Source: a virus
Lineage: Duplodnaviria; Caudoviricetes
Length of the DNA stretch: 64,000 nucleotides
IMG/VR virus record: IMGVR_UViG_3300018492_000150
Span: 32,001 to 96,000 of that record
Reading direction: 5' to 3' (one strand)
Under the pieces are notes generated by a model that ran no database searches, was not told the DNA's origin, and saw only the letters and a list, made by a program, of their open reading frames with translations. A program made the position numbers and the translations under genes. Below are positions 31,001 through 41,163 of this stretch, piece after piece (the first letter of the stretch is position 1; each line of letters opens with the position of its first letter).

Positions 31001-31296
31001 TTTAAGAATTTACCAGAATTGGTTGTTCCTGTAGCAGGAACATGATGGTTACCATCTCCAGTAGGATGCTTATAAGGAGCTCCTGTTGTGAGAGGATCCC
31101 ATTTAGAACCAGTATATACATAACTTGTACTGTTTTCTTTTACAAATACTCTTAAACCTGCGGTAGCGGCTTTAAGAGTAACGAGTCTATCTCTTTCGGC
31201 AATTGTTTCTACTTGTTGCCGCACATCTAATAACGCTTCAGCTTGAAGCTTAAAAGGTGATGCAACAACAATGCCTTTTTTATCTTCGAATGCCAT
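28084..31296 (-). CDS. long modular tail fibre protein
   Basis: Ala/Gly/Ser/Thr-rich with repeated SHTH/SHSH, YDGS..VNI and FLRGDGTW motifs, two knob-like domains (DLN.LLTPGNYF...IIYYR) and C-terminal FPVGTV; start corrected to MAFED. Confidence 0.85.
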   Translation of the reverse strand: MAFEDKKGIVVASPFKLQAEALLDVRQQVETIAERDRLVTLKAATAGLRVFVKENSTSYVYTGSKWDPLTTGAPYKHPTGDGNHHVPATGTTNSGKFLKAGATAGSESWQKIAASDITGLPTKLPNPQALKFTGAATATYDGSGAVTVNIPTTSKTNSQLTLQLNGGVTEGTNKFTFDGSAAKEVNITPASIGAAASSHTHPSSQITGLPTSLKNPYSLSIKTNGATAATYDGSAAKEVNITPSSIGAATSGHSHSVFKGASASAAGGTGFVPAPAIGEQSKFLRGDGTWQVVPLSLSALGVTASATELNYMKGVTSAVQTQLNGKASSSHTHNYAGSGSAGGSANSAVKLATARTINGISFDGTKNIDIPNNYSKQLTSEDLNELLTPGNYFGAGGNTVKNKPSSVDYFGLEVYRIASGPIAQKLHGNNNIIYYRVRDNASFGAWQKVYSAAAKPTAAEIGAAPSSHTHPASQITGLPTKLPNPQALKFTGAATATYDGSGAVTVNIPTAQASPYALTMQFNGGTTEDTNKFTFNGSVAKNVNITPALIGAAAASHTHAASQITGLPTSLKNPYALTVKTNGTSAAVYDGSVSKEVNITASSVGAAAASHGHSTFKGATTSAAGGTGFVPTPGVGENNKYLRGDGTWQPISLTLSALGVTASATELNYMKGVTSAVQTQLNGKAAASHTHPASQITGIPTKLSNPYALKFTGAATATYDGSGAVTVNIPTAQVSPYALTMQFNGGTTEDTNKFTFNGGSAKTVNITPAAIGAAAASHSHSGYAPTSHTHNYAGSGSAGGSANSAIKLATARTINGISFDGTKNIEIPNSYSKQLTSEDLNSLLTPGNYFAAGGNTVKNKPSSVEHFGLEVYRIAGGNIAQKLHGSDNIIYYRFHNGTSFNSWSEIYSSVNKPTPSEIGAAAASHTHNYAASSHTHPASQITGLPTSLKNPYALTVKTNGTTAATYDGSAAKEVNITPAAIGAAAKSHSHSGYAPTSHTHNYAGSSSAGGPANSAKKVDFPVGTVLWTTSSSATFFSSTCGGTWEVLGNIDTIINSSTTLTLYMHKKKAL

Positions 31297-31307
31297 TTTT
31301 TCGCCTC

Positions 31308-32288
31308 CTACCATTGAAATTTATTATTAAAATTGGTTACTGTAGACTTATCACTAACGTAAACATAATAATCTACAGTAGAGCCATCTAGACATTGAAT
31401 TGGTACGGTATATATTGTAAATGTGCTAGTTACATTGAAATTGTTCTGGTCGTAAATAGCACTTAAAGTACCGTATGATTTTGGATAAGCAAAAACAAAA
31501 CGTTGGTTATTTGCAGTAAATGAATAGGTCTTAGTTCCTTTACTTTCAATATGTTTTGTCAAAGCTTTAATTTCTTCTTGTGTTGGAATTGTATCTGTTG
31601 ATAAACTTCCATGATATATAGGATGAACAAAGGTAAATGTACCTGTGTTTTTTGATACAACTGCTCCTGTGTCATCATATACTTTAGCAGTAAAATATTT
31701 ATTGGTTCTAACTGCTATATTCAAAACAAAATCAAAAGTTCCACCTTTAGAAACTCCATCTGTTTTAGTAGCAATAATATTAGAACCTTCTACAATATCA
31801 ATCTTTGTAAGATTATTTGATTTAATTGTAGCATTAACTCTTATCTTAGTCACAGATACCAATGTACCCATCTCATAAGTTCCTCCATTTCCAGGAGTTA
31901 AAACTTGAGCAGATACAGTTGGAGAGACGTATGGATATAATATCATATCAAACATTTCTTGAAGAGTTTTATTATTAAATGTAGTACCAATAGGTATACC
32001 ACCATGCTCTACATAAGTAGGTATATTTTTATTATACCGTGAACCTAAAGACCAGTTATTTTTCTCTTCTTCAGTAACAAACTGATGGTCTTTATCAGTT
32101 ATAATTTCTCTTGCGGTATGTGTATGATTTTTATCAGCTTTACCGTTGATAGCATCTTCTACATTTGTACCGTCATCCATTATAACAGTCTTAGCCTTAG
32201 TTCTATAATATAAAGGCGTATCATCTTGAGGTTCACCAGTAGAAGGGTCTTCTCCGGGATTATCAATCCTTTCTAATTCTTCTGACAT
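31308..32288 (-). CDS. tail fibre/baseplate-associated structural protein
   Basis: NGKADKNHTH motif, beta-rich C-terminus, in the fibre operon; start corrected to MSEE. Confidence 0.6.
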   Translation of the reverse strand: MSEELERIDNPGEDPSTGEPQDDTPLYYRTKAKTVIMDDGTNVEDAINGKADKNHTHTAREIITDKDHQFVTEEEKNNWSLGSRYNKNIPTYVEHGGIPIGTTFNNKTLQEMFDMILYPYVSPTVSAQVLTPGNGGTYEMGTLVSVTKIRVNATIKSNNLTKIDIVEGSNIIATKTDGVSKGGTFDFVLNIAVRTNKYFTAKVYDDTGAVVSKNTGTFTFVHPIYHGSLSTDTIPTQEEIKALTKHIESKGTKTYSFTANNQRFVFAYPKSYGTLSAIYDQNNFNVTSTFTIYTVPIQCLDGSTVDYYVYVSDKSTVTNFNNKFQW

Positions 32289-32301
32289 GTATGTCACCTC
32301 C

Positions 32302-33183
32302 TTATTCTATTCTTATCCATGTATAGTAATCAACGACACGTTTGCCGTCTTTATCCATACTAGCTCCAGTACCAGCAAATTTCCAAGTACCAGGAAACCA
32401 TTTATTTGGATTAAATTCTCTATCATGAGATTCATATATAGTTCCAACTGGATGAATGTATCTAGCAACCATAGGATCGCCTTTATACGGTTCATCAAAG
32501 TTTGGTGGAAATTCATGAATATGATGATAATAGTCAATGTATAACATGATTTGATCATACATTTTATCTGTATATTCATGATTTTCTTTGTTTATATCAT
32601 CTATTTTTTGGTCTAATCTGTCTATTTCATTTTTTACATAAGTCTTGAAATTAGCAAGATATGTTTGTAAATCTGAAATATCGCTCTTATTAGTTTCATT
32701 ATCTTTTTCTAATACAGTAATTCGCTTTTCATGATCTTTTGAAATTTTCTCTTCTTCCGTAATTCGCTTTTCATGATCAGCTACTATATTTTGAAGTTCT
32801 GATACATCAGAATCTAAACCATCTAGACGTTTAAATATTTCTATAATGTCATTTTGAGCGTCAACAAGATCTTCTTGTATTCGTCCAACTTGTTGTTTTG
32901 TTCGTTCATGATCTTCAAACAAGTTATTTAATCTTGCTTCCAACTCTTCATCTTTATTGATCACATCTTTAAGGTGATCTTCTATATATTTTCGTATCTC
33001 AGCAAACTCTTTCTCCATTTGATCTATAATAGCTTGAAGTTTTTCGTCTGAACTAAAAAATAATTGTAATTGCTCTACTGTTATTTGTTTGGTGTCAGAT
33101 GTATCTTCAATAACCATTATGTCGGTAGGATTGATCTCAGAGTATTGCTTTTTTGGAAGTTCTTTGATCTTAATAGTAGGCAA
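32302..33183 (-). CDS. coiled-coil tail/baseplate protein
   Basis: TTG start after AGGAGG and a late promoter (33210-33221); heptad coil with DHEKRIT duplicated; C-terminal HPVGTIYES...NPNKWFPGTW. Confidence 0.65.
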   Translation of the reverse strand: MPTIKIKELPKKQYSEINPTDIMVIEDTSDTKQITVEQLQLFFSSDEKLQAIIDQMEKEFAEIRKYIEDHLKDVINKDEELEARLNNLFEDHERTKQQVGRIQEDLVDAQNDIIEIFKRLDGLDSDVSELQNIVADHEKRITEEEKISKDHEKRITVLEKDNETNKSDISDLQTYLANFKTYVKNEIDRLDQKIDDINKENHEYTDKMYDQIMLYIDYYHHIHEFPPNFDEPYKGDPMVARYIHPVGTIYESHDREFNPNKWFPGTWKFAGTGASMDKDGKRVVDYYTWIRIE

Positions 33184-33268
33184 ACAAGTCTCCTCCTTTC
33201 CTATTAATTTAATATGATGTTTTTCGATACAGTCTATTATCAAAAAAATATAGAGGATAGCCAAACGG

Positions 33269-34246
33269 CTATCCTCTATTGATTTTTCTTTGTATTTGAA
33301 CTTTCTGATGTTCTATAACTTCATGATATAATGTTTGTGGAGGTAAATCTCCATGAGGTGCATATATAAACCAAGTTCCATCATTCTTCTCATGATCCTT
33401 TACAGTAAACCAGTCATCCCAGAATACTTTTAATCCACTTTCATATATAGAGAAGTTATAAATAGCGTCATATTTTTGTATATCTATAACCTGATTTATA
33501 GGTACACTTACAATTTCAGCTTCCATATTATCGCTGACATCAAGAACCAGATGGATGTTTCGTTCTAATAATTTAGAAGTATCAGATCTTTCACATTCAA
33601 CCTCTTCCATCACAGTTCCAAATGGACTTGTAACAGGTCTAAGTTTCTTTCCATTTTCTGATATAGGAGCATCTGTTTTAGCTACAGTTAATAATCTTCC
33701 TCTATAAATGTGATATTTCCAACCATCATAAGTTGCTATAGACATCATATGTCCAGATATAACTTCTTTGACAATTAATTTAGTACGTATCTTCTTATCT
33801 TTAAAATAAGGTTTTACATACGAAATATCAAAAGCCCTTTTCTCGACAGCTTGTAATACCAATCCTGTATATGAACTAACACTTTTATCTATAAAGCGCT
33901 CTCTGTCATCTGGTGTATAGCTAATCATAGGGTTTTTGATGTGTTTGAGTTGCTCTAATTCTTCAGGTATAAACTGAAAATCTTTTCCATCCTCATCAAT
34001 AGTAGGATATTCTGGTTCAGGTGGATCCGGAGGAAATTTAATATCTAAATTCTCTTCAGATGGATTTCTAAACCTATCATCTGGGTATATAGGGTGAGGA
34101 TAATATACATCACTTATAAAATCATTTCCGGGTTTATGATTTATAGGTGGAGCGCCATGGATATATAGTCCATGGCGTTTTAATATTATCTCTGCTGCTT
34201 TCGAATAATCAAAGCCAGGTATTGAGTCTATATGATGATCTGCCAT
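33269..34246 (-). CDS. hypothetical protein, Pro-rich N-terminus
   Basis: 325-aa ORF with AGGAG SD. Confidence 0.75.
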   Translation of the reverse strand: MADHHIDSIPGFDYSKAAEIILKRHGLYIHGAPPINHKPGNDFISDVYYPHPIYPDDRFRNPSEENLDIKFPPDPPEPEYPTIDEDGKDFQFIPEELEQLKHIKNPMISYTPDDRERFIDKSVSSYTGLVLQAVEKRAFDISYVKPYFKDKKIRTKLIVKEVISGHMMSIATYDGWKYHIYRGRLLTVAKTDAPISENGKKLRPVTSPFGTVMEEVECERSDTSKLLERNIHLVLDVSDNMEAEIVSVPINQVIDIQKYDAIYNFSIYESGLKVFWDDWFTVKDHEKNDGTWFIYAPHGDLPPQTLYHEVIEHQKVQIQRKINRG

Positions 34247-34266
34247 TAATAATCACTCCTTTGAGT

Positions 34267-35538
34267 TTATTTACCAGCACGTCTGTTGTTAATTTCTTCC
34301 AAAAACATGTTGATATTATTAATGAGTTGATCATGAAATTCTACATCTTTCTCATTATTCTTATCATAATAATCCAATGTAAGAATATTCTGAATAAAAT
34401 AATACATGAATGTGTGATCTACTATATTATTCGGATCCATATTCTTCATCTGAGTGTATAAGATAAATACACAGATGAATTCGTTGATTACTATCATATC
34501 AAACTTCTTAGCAGCATGTCTATCAAGAGCTCTTTCTATAAGCTGCACATCCTGAATAATATTCTGACTTTTCTGGTATTTTACATTAAACTCCATGCAA
34601 GTTCTTTTAAACTTCTCAAGCATAATCTTTTTAACTTTAATCTTATGCTTAGCGTAAAGTTCACGCATCTCTTTAAATGTATAAGATTCAATAAATGCAT
34701 CTCTAATAGCAGTGCATTTCTCTGCTTTATCTTTTTCCCCTTTAGCTGCAAATTCTTCTGCAATTTTAGGAAGTTTATCCATGAAATAAGATTTAATATC
34801 ACTCCAATATTTATCTTCTTTCATTTCTTTAACACCCTTATCCATTGCTTTTCTGATATTCCTCTGATAATCATATGTAGCAATATTCATAACTTCGGAA
34901 GAAACAATTTCCTGTAATAAAGTAGATGCCATATAATTTCTTCCTTCTTTTACAAAGTTACCCATCTTAGAACTCATTTCTGCACCGATAGAAGAATTGA
35001 TCTGGGTCTTAATAATCTCTGGCATAGCCGTATAATAAGAGAATTTCTCTCCTTTTTTAAATCTTTCTGCTGCAGTTCTGATCATCTCAAAATCTTTAAT
35101 AGACAGTGTAGTATTTGCAAACATTGCGTTAGTGATATCTTTGACAGTCTCATCTTTGATTTCAACCTTTTCGATATCAATATCATCAACTTCAATAGAA
35201 TCATCCTCAAGCATTTCTTCGAAACTCTGAAGTTCATCTTCATCCTGCTCATATTCTTCTGCCATTACCGGTCTTCCTGTCACAGGATTAATAATAACAG
35301 ATGCTATTGCTTCTTGCCCTTTGTGATCCTCGGCTGCTAATTTTTTAGCTTCTTCCATCATCTTTGCAGACGGAAAGTCTTTTGCGCTATCTTCAATAAT
35401 ATCATTAAGCTGCTCAATTTGATCATCTGTAAGATCTAAACCTGCATCTTCTTTTTTTACTTCACCTTGTAATTTACCATCTTTAGCTAATTCATCTACC
35501 GCTTTAATCATTTTGTCATATTGTTCATTTACGTTCAT
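34267..35538 (-). CDS. hypothetical protein, acidic N-terminus
   Basis: 423-aa ORF with AGGAG SD. Confidence 0.8.
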   Translation of the reverse strand: MNVNEQYDKMIKAVDELAKDGKLQGEVKKEDAGLDLTDDQIEQLNDIIEDSAKDFPSAKMMEEAKKLAAEDHKGQEAIASVIINPVTGRPVMAEEYEQDEDELQSFEEMLEDDSIEVDDIDIEKVEIKDETVKDITNAMFANTTLSIKDFEMIRTAAERFKKGEKFSYYTAMPEIIKTQINSSIGAEMSSKMGNFVKEGRNYMASTLLQEIVSSEVMNIATYDYQRNIRKAMDKGVKEMKEDKYWSDIKSYFMDKLPKIAEEFAAKGEKDKAEKCTAIRDAFIESYTFKEMRELYAKHKIKVKKIMLEKFKRTCMEFNVKYQKSQNIIQDVQLIERALDRHAAKKFDMIVINEFICVFILYTQMKNMDPNNIVDHTFMYYFIQNILTLDYYDKNNEKDVEFHDQLINNINMFLEEINNRRAGK

Positions 35539-35557
35539 AATTATTCTCCTTTTATAT

Positions 35558-36136
35558 TTATTTATAATAAATCTCTACAAAATATTGATATACAAATCTC
35601 ACTAATGAGCTGATTCTACAATCATCACCGAATCCATATTTATCGACAATATCTTTAATAGTAGACTTGTATGTCTTATCTACACCATATTTCATAGATG
35701 ATATAATATCCTGATGATCTATAGCAAGCTGTAAATCCTCTATAGAATCTTTTGAATTTGAAAGCAATTTCAGATATTCTTCATACTGAGGATTGTAATA
35801 TAGTTTATCTATACAAGCAAGCATTAATAAATCCTCATTTAAAGATTCAAATGAAGTTGTATCATGAATAGCTCCTTTGTAAAGATTTCTAGGTCTACGT
35901 CTATCCCCCTCGTCTTCAATAGATATAGAATATTTAAAACTGCAATATCCGACAGGATATAATTCCTGACCACAATAAGATTGGATAAAGTATTTATTTA
36001 ATAATACAGCCAAAACCACGAAAGGCTCCTCTGCTACATATCCGATATTTTTTACAGTCTTATGAATACCATCTACATTTTCTACTAAGTTTATAGATGT
36101 AAGTCTTTGAATTCCGTTAGTTGATTCAATAACCAT
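35558..36136 (-). CDS. hypothetical protein
   Basis: 192-aa ORF with GGAGG SD. Confidence 0.75.
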   Translation of the reverse strand: MVIESTNGIQRLTSINLVENVDGIHKTVKNIGYVAEEPFVVLAVLLNKYFIQSYCGQELYPVGYCSFKYSISIEDEGDRRRPRNLYKGAIHDTTSFESLNEDLLMLACIDKLYYNPQYEEYLKLLSNSKDSIEDLQLAIDHQDIISSMKYGVDKTYKSTIKDIVDKYGFGDDCRISSLVRFVYQYFVEIYYK

Positions 36137-36148
36137 AATACAACCTCC

Positions 36149-36904
36149 TTATACAAGATCTGTAAATTCAACACTAGCTAAACCTTGCAATGCAAATTTA
36201 ACTTGCGTTGTCAGTTCGGCGTAGTGTTGATTAAAATAATTTACTATTTGTCGCTTAAAGAAATCTCCATTATCTAATAATATAGACTGAAGATACTTAG
36301 CAACTTGTCTATTTGGAATATATGCAAGATCGATATATGTATCAAACGGAACATCGTATGCACATATATTTTGCAGAACAAATTCTAAATTAGCATGAAT
36401 AATAGCTAATTTAGAGTTACCGTTTTTATATAATTTCTTGCTGTATGACGAGGCATCTTTTTTCTTTGATGCTAATTCTAAAGTTTCATAAATCATATTC
36501 TTTTCTCGGTTAATATAATTTACAAAGAAATTAGTAATATAAATATTGAATCTTGCTACTAAGAAATCATAGATCCACGTAGCAGCTGAATAGATATCAT
36601 CATTTTCATTACCAATATATGTAAGGTTATGAGCCTTACATACCATATCGATTACTTGACGATAAATATCACATCTTTGAGAATTGATCTCTGAACTGAA
36701 TTCAGGAATACCTGATAACGATACTTTATAATTTTGCTCAATAACTTCTACAATATTAGTCATTGACATTGAATAGTTTCTATATTTATTATTCAATGCA
36801 TCTTCTACTAGATCTTCTATCATTTCTGGTGTAAATCTGCATACTATACTAGCAGCTTCATTAGCAGATATGATAGAAAAATCTGAATTTTGTGATAAAT
36901 TCAT
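36149..36904 (-). CDS. hypothetical late protein
   Basis: 251 aa, GGAGG SD, AACA-N6-TA promoter at 36931-36942. Confidence 0.8.
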   Translation of the reverse strand: MNLSQNSDFSIISANEAASIVCRFTPEMIEDLVEDALNNKYRNYSMSMTNIVEVIEQNYKVSLSGIPEFSSEINSQRCDIYRQVIDMVCKAHNLTYIGNENDDIYSAATWIYDFLVARFNIYITNFFVNYINREKNMIYETLELASKKKDASSYSKKLYKNGNSKLAIIHANLEFVLQNICAYDVPFDTYIDLAYIPNRQVAKYLQSILLDNGDFFKRQIVNYFNQHYAELTTQVKFALQGLASVEFTDLV

Positions 36905-36998
36905 TTTATCTTCCTCCTATACTAATAAATTAATAAGTTGTTTTACCTAAACTTAAAAAGTATATCCAAGAGTATAGTAACTCTTGGATATATCTTGT

Positions 36999-37760
36999 TT
37001 ACCTTATATTTGTTATAGAATCAAAATCTTCTTGAAGTTGTGATTTTTTAGGAGCATCTACATAATATGAATCAAAAACACTATTCGGTATAGTATATAT
37101 ACCAGAACTTTCACCATCATCATGAAGATGATTATGCTCGTACCAAGCTTTCCTAGTTCTAGGATCATTTCTAAGCATTTCATCAGCTCTTCGATTATCT
37201 TCATTTTGTTGGTGATTCCACTCTTCATATGATATGGATTCACAAGAATCAAAGAATTGTTTCTGCTCTGCAGCAAATTCAGATTCGTCCACTACCATAT
37301 CTCTAGCTATATTAGTAGTATCCTCTCCAAGTCCCATCTCTACAGTAATGTCTTCATCTGTAGATATAGTTCCTTTTTGAAGACCAAATCTTTCCATAAG
37401 ATCTTTACCTTCATACCAAATATATAATGCTAGTAAGTATGAGAATATCTGGTCATCGTGAGCATTAGAAGCGTGCTCAATTCTACCATTTTTCTTAACC
37501 TCTAACGTACAAAGTTCATTATATATTATAGGTGATATGAATTTAGCTTTATGATTATCCATTCTATCTCTAAGAATTCCCATCAGTAATTCTCGAGATG
37601 CTTTTGTTTCATCAAAACCGTACACTTTAACTTTTTTAGTTATCTTCTGTATAGACATACCTTGAGCTCTTTCTTCTAACGTACGGTCTTTTATTTCATA
37701 ATACAGATTACGCTTAATTTTAGTTTTAATGAGCTGTGATAATACACTAGCTCCGAAACC
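36999..37760 (-). CDS. terL: terminase large subunit, exon 2 (nuclease C-terminus)
   Basis: GFGASVL...YGFDETKASR...IEHASNAHDDQIFSYLLA; no SD; continues exon 1 across a group I intron. Confidence 0.85.
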   Translation of the reverse strand, partial: GFGASVLSQLIKTKIKRNLYYEIKDRTLEERAQGMSIQKITKKVKVYGFDETKASRELLMGILRDRMDNHKAKFISPIIYNELCTLEVKKNGRIEHASNAHDDQIFSYLLALYIWYEGKDLMERFGLQKGTISTDEDITVEMGLGEDTTNIARDMVVDESEFAAEQKQFFDSCESISYEEWNHQQNEDNRRADEMLRNDPRTRKAWYEHNHLHDDGESSGIYTIPNSVFDSYYVDAPKKSQLQEDFDSITNIR

Positions 37761-38181
37761 CGAATATTTCAATCTAGTCGCAACTTAGATTGCATGGCCA
37801 TTTCCATGTCACTTCCATTACAGAACGTGCGTAGATCATGTGTCATTCCTAAAAAATAATTTAGGACCAGGATTTTTCTTCCTCCATTAGCTTGAGGTTC
37901 TACTCCCTCGTCAAGGGATGATCGTTGAACGTATATCTCACCTTCTTTATATTATATATAGTATATATGAGATATTTCGCTGCTACACGTAGGCTTGTTG
38001 ATAAGAACTTAGGATTTAACCTTATTCTCATCCAGACAACTTTTTTCTGCTTTCGCAACCATCACGCTCATCCTTACGGATCACGTTGTGGTGTGTCTGG
38101 TTCTTGACCTATAAGTCGTAGCAATTAACTCTGTTGAAACTTAACAATTACTCGTTAAGCTGCGATTTGCTGAATAGCTTC
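37761..38181 (-). mobile_element. group I intron without ORF in terL
   Basis: Minus strand has AATTGCT (P), TAGCAG (Q), TTCAACGATCA (R), ACATGATCT (S) and a terminal G at 37761; shares a P5 extension with the pol intron; 5' boundary is either 38181 or 38184. Confidence 0.85.
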
Positions 38182-39606
38182 GCCATTACGCTCTATATTA
38201 ACTATAGCATTCGGTATATACTTAGTTACCAATTCATATATAACTTTAGCTAAATCTGTTGTAGAAATATAGTTGCAGTTTAGACATGCAACTGTTTCTG
38301 TTGTTCTGGAGTCTACTACAGTTATAGCAGAAGCATCCTTACTATAACCTCCAGAAACGTCGACTCCTACTAATGGTGGCCAGTTTACACTTTCAGCCAT
38401 CATAGGTTTATATATATCGAGGAAGTAGTAATTTCCCAATGCAACTTGAGTTACAGGTTCTTTAATAAGAGATTGTACAGTATCCAAATCTTGTTTTGTA
38501 AATGGAGAGTTATCTGAACTATTAGACCATTCAAGTAAAACTTCTCGTCTAATTGCAGGCCAGTTCTTCTTCATATCAATACAGATTTGTCTAAAGTATT
38601 CTTCTCCAGATCCAAGCTGCTTATAAGTAAATCTTATATAGAAGAAACTACTATCAGTATTAGTATTCTTCAATTCTTGGAGTTTTTCTAAGCTCCAATC
38701 GTAATATTGCTCATTAAATGGTATAGCTGCATTTTTAGTTTCAAATGCATCCATTCCTTCATCGGTAGTCATATCACCAGGAGTTGTAGTGATAAGAATA
38801 CCATAAGGAGCACCATTTCGTTTAGCATTCTTAGATGCTGTTGAGAATGCAGGTGTTGCTGCAGAATAGATGATAGAGTTATGCAAAATAAACGCATACT
38901 CATCATACCAGTGTATAGGCATAGTACAACCACGACCGATACTGTTAGCATTAGCTTTGTTCCTAGCACCTGGTTTAGTAGAAATTTTATTTGAGTTAAA
39001 TGGGTTCTTGATAGATTCTACGTTTTCTGATAACTTCATAGGTTTACCATCTTTACCTGGAACTTCATCAAATCTTAGATATCTAGGTAACGCAGATCGT
39101 ATCTCTTTAATTCTAGCCAAGTTCAATTTAGAGTCATCATGTTTCTTGTTCATAAACATCATTTCTGAGTTGGTAGTACCAAATAAGTATACCCATAAAT
39201 ACCAGCATAATGCCGATACAGTTTTACCATGCTGACGAGGTAACTCTAAAAACATATTCCAGTTTAATATGAAACCGAAGTTTAATGCAAGATTACCTCT
39301 ATGAAGTTTATATCTTACACCCCCACCTACTGTATTACCTTGGTCAGGGATAAGAATTACTTCTCTAATAAAATACCAAAAGTTAATCATACACTCTCTT
39401 AATATTTTAGCTTTCATAACTTCATTAAGAGTAGGATCTCGAGGATTAACTCCCGCTAAATCTCTATCATATAATATAAGAAAGAATTTATTATTCTTTA
39501 TTCCTTTAGCTTTCAAAAAATAATGCATTTCAAGGAATGATTTATTACTGGTCTCCATCTGATAGTATACAGATACTGGACCTGATTGTTGTTGCTGAAC
39601 AACCAT
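38182..39606 (-). CDS. terL: terminase large subunit, exon 1 (ATPase and start of nuclease)
   Basis: Walker A LPRQHGKT, GRG, Walker B WYDEYAF, ITTTP, nuclease VGVDVSGG...DAS, NIERN; start corrected to MVVQQ. Confidence 0.92.
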
Positions 39607-39702
39607 ATTGAGTTCACCTCCAATCAATTACTTATATGTACTAGAATGGAGGGTTTATATCAAAAAATAAAAGAGGAAGGTACTTAAACCTTCCTCTTTT
39701 AC

Positions 39703-40002
39703 TTATTCTGTAAATATGCTATCAATCACCTTACTTCTAGGAATAGCATGTTTCCTATATAAATAGAATGATAATTTTGACGCTATGAAATTTGACACTG
39801 CAATCACTATTATAGATATTAATAAATATAATATAATTGTAGATACTGGCGTGAATTCAATATCTGCTGCAGCGGATATAAGACACATTATTATTCCAGC
39901 TCCTGTCATGAATTGTGCAAATTTCGCAATCATATAATATACTACAATTTTAATATCGTTAAATCTTTTTCTTCTCTGTTTTTCTGTCATTACTTTTCTC
40001 AT
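39703..40002 (-). CDS. small two-TM membrane protein
   Basis: Basic N-terminus and two hydrophobic helices; AGGAG SD. Confidence 0.7.
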   Translation of the reverse strand: MRKVMTEKQRRKRFNDIKIVVYYMIAKFAQFMTGAGIIMCLISAAADIEFTPVSTIILYLLISIIVIAVSNFIASKLSFYLYRKHAIPRSKVIDSIFTE

Positions 40003-40119
40003 CTGTATTTTTCTCCTTATTAGTTAAAAATTATTACATTACAGTAATGCTTTTTAAGCATTACCTTCTAACAAGATTGGCGGTCTTACAATCGCAACCT
40101 CTCTTTCTTGCAGAGCAGT

Positions 40120-40989
40120 TTAATGCTGCTCTGCATAATTTTTGATAAATTCATACGCTGTTGAAAGGTATAACTTAATAACTTTCAACACTGCTTTTGC
40201 ATGATCAACATCTTTGTCTTTGATGTAATCATATACAAAACTTACTGTTTTTCGATCTGTGTCATCAACATACTCAGATTTATTCATAGCGTCTAATGCT
40301 TCTACTAATGTCTTGGAAAATAAGTCATTGCTTGTTCCGATCAAGTCATTAATGCAAGATACAACTAAATAATATGATGATCTCATATCATCAGAATAAT
40401 CTGGCACCACTGCATCGGCATTTGATGCTGATAAATCACAAAGAGCTTTAATAAATTTTTTCTGATTATCTTCATCAATAAAAGTTAAAGCCTCACACTG
40501 CACCATCATGGCTCCCAGTTCTACATCTGTAGCTACATCCTGCACAACTCTTTTTAATTCTGTCTCGGTTACATAATTTTCGTTATTTGTATTTGTCATT
40601 TCTTTTTCCTCTTCTTTCTCATTTTTATTATTGTACATTTCATTCATCTGTTCCATAAGAGTACCCATAGTTCTAATGAAAGATTTAATTTCTTTAAATT
40701 CTTCGTCGCATTTTAATAACTCAACGTACCCAAAGAACTGTGAGAAAATATCGTAATCTTTATTACTACATCTTCTCAATAAATTTCGTTCTACGATATC
40801 CATAGTACCATAGAATTCTTCCTGATTTTCAATTTCGCTAAGATTCTTCATTAATATAATAGCATCTTCAAATCCATTTCCAAGAGTGATTCTTTCACTC
40901 TCTAAAACTCTTTTTGAGAAACGTCTAAGTGTTTCCTCATCACTGTTTCTTGAAATCCATACTCTTTCGATAATTTCCATTGCTCTCAT
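40120..40989 (-). CDS. hypothetical early protein
   Basis: 289 aa; CATATTAT-N5-TGA promoter at 41080-41095 (-). Confidence 0.75.
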   Translation of the reverse strand: MRAMEIIERVWISRNSDEETLRRFSKRVLESERITLGNGFEDAIILMKNLSEIENQEEFYGTMDIVERNLLRRCSNKDYDIFSQFFGYVELLKCDEEFKEIKSFIRTMGTLMEQMNEMYNNKNEKEEEKEMTNTNNENYVTETELKRVVQDVATDVELGAMMVQCEALTFIDEDNQKKFIKALCDLSASNADAVVPDYSDDMRSSYYLVVSCINDLIGTSNDLFSKTLVEALDAMNKSEYVDDTDRKTVSFVYDYIKDKDVDHAKAVLKVIKLYLSTAYEFIKNYAEQH

Positions 40990-41163
40990 AATAATCCTCG
41001 TCTTTCTCCTATTTACGCATAGGTGCTTTGATATATTTTCTTTGAATTATGTAATATAGTAGATATTATTATACTATATTCACTATAATAATATGCTATT
41101 GAAATAGAGGACTTTTACAAAAAAGAAAACGGAGTATGGTTAACCATACTCCGTGTTTTATTA

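Noticed and set aside
28084-31296. Diversity-generating retroelement acting on the tail fibre
   Set aside because: The repeats are all within the gene, I saw no adenine-restricted mismatch pattern, and no reverse transcriptase is present in the window.
37925-38107. 60-aa plus-strand ORF inside the terL intron
   Set aside because: Antisense to the ribozyme core, with no SD and no endonuclease motifs.
39703-40002. Holin call for the two-TM protein
   Set aside because: It is in an early-type operon with no adjacent endolysin; topology alone is not enough.
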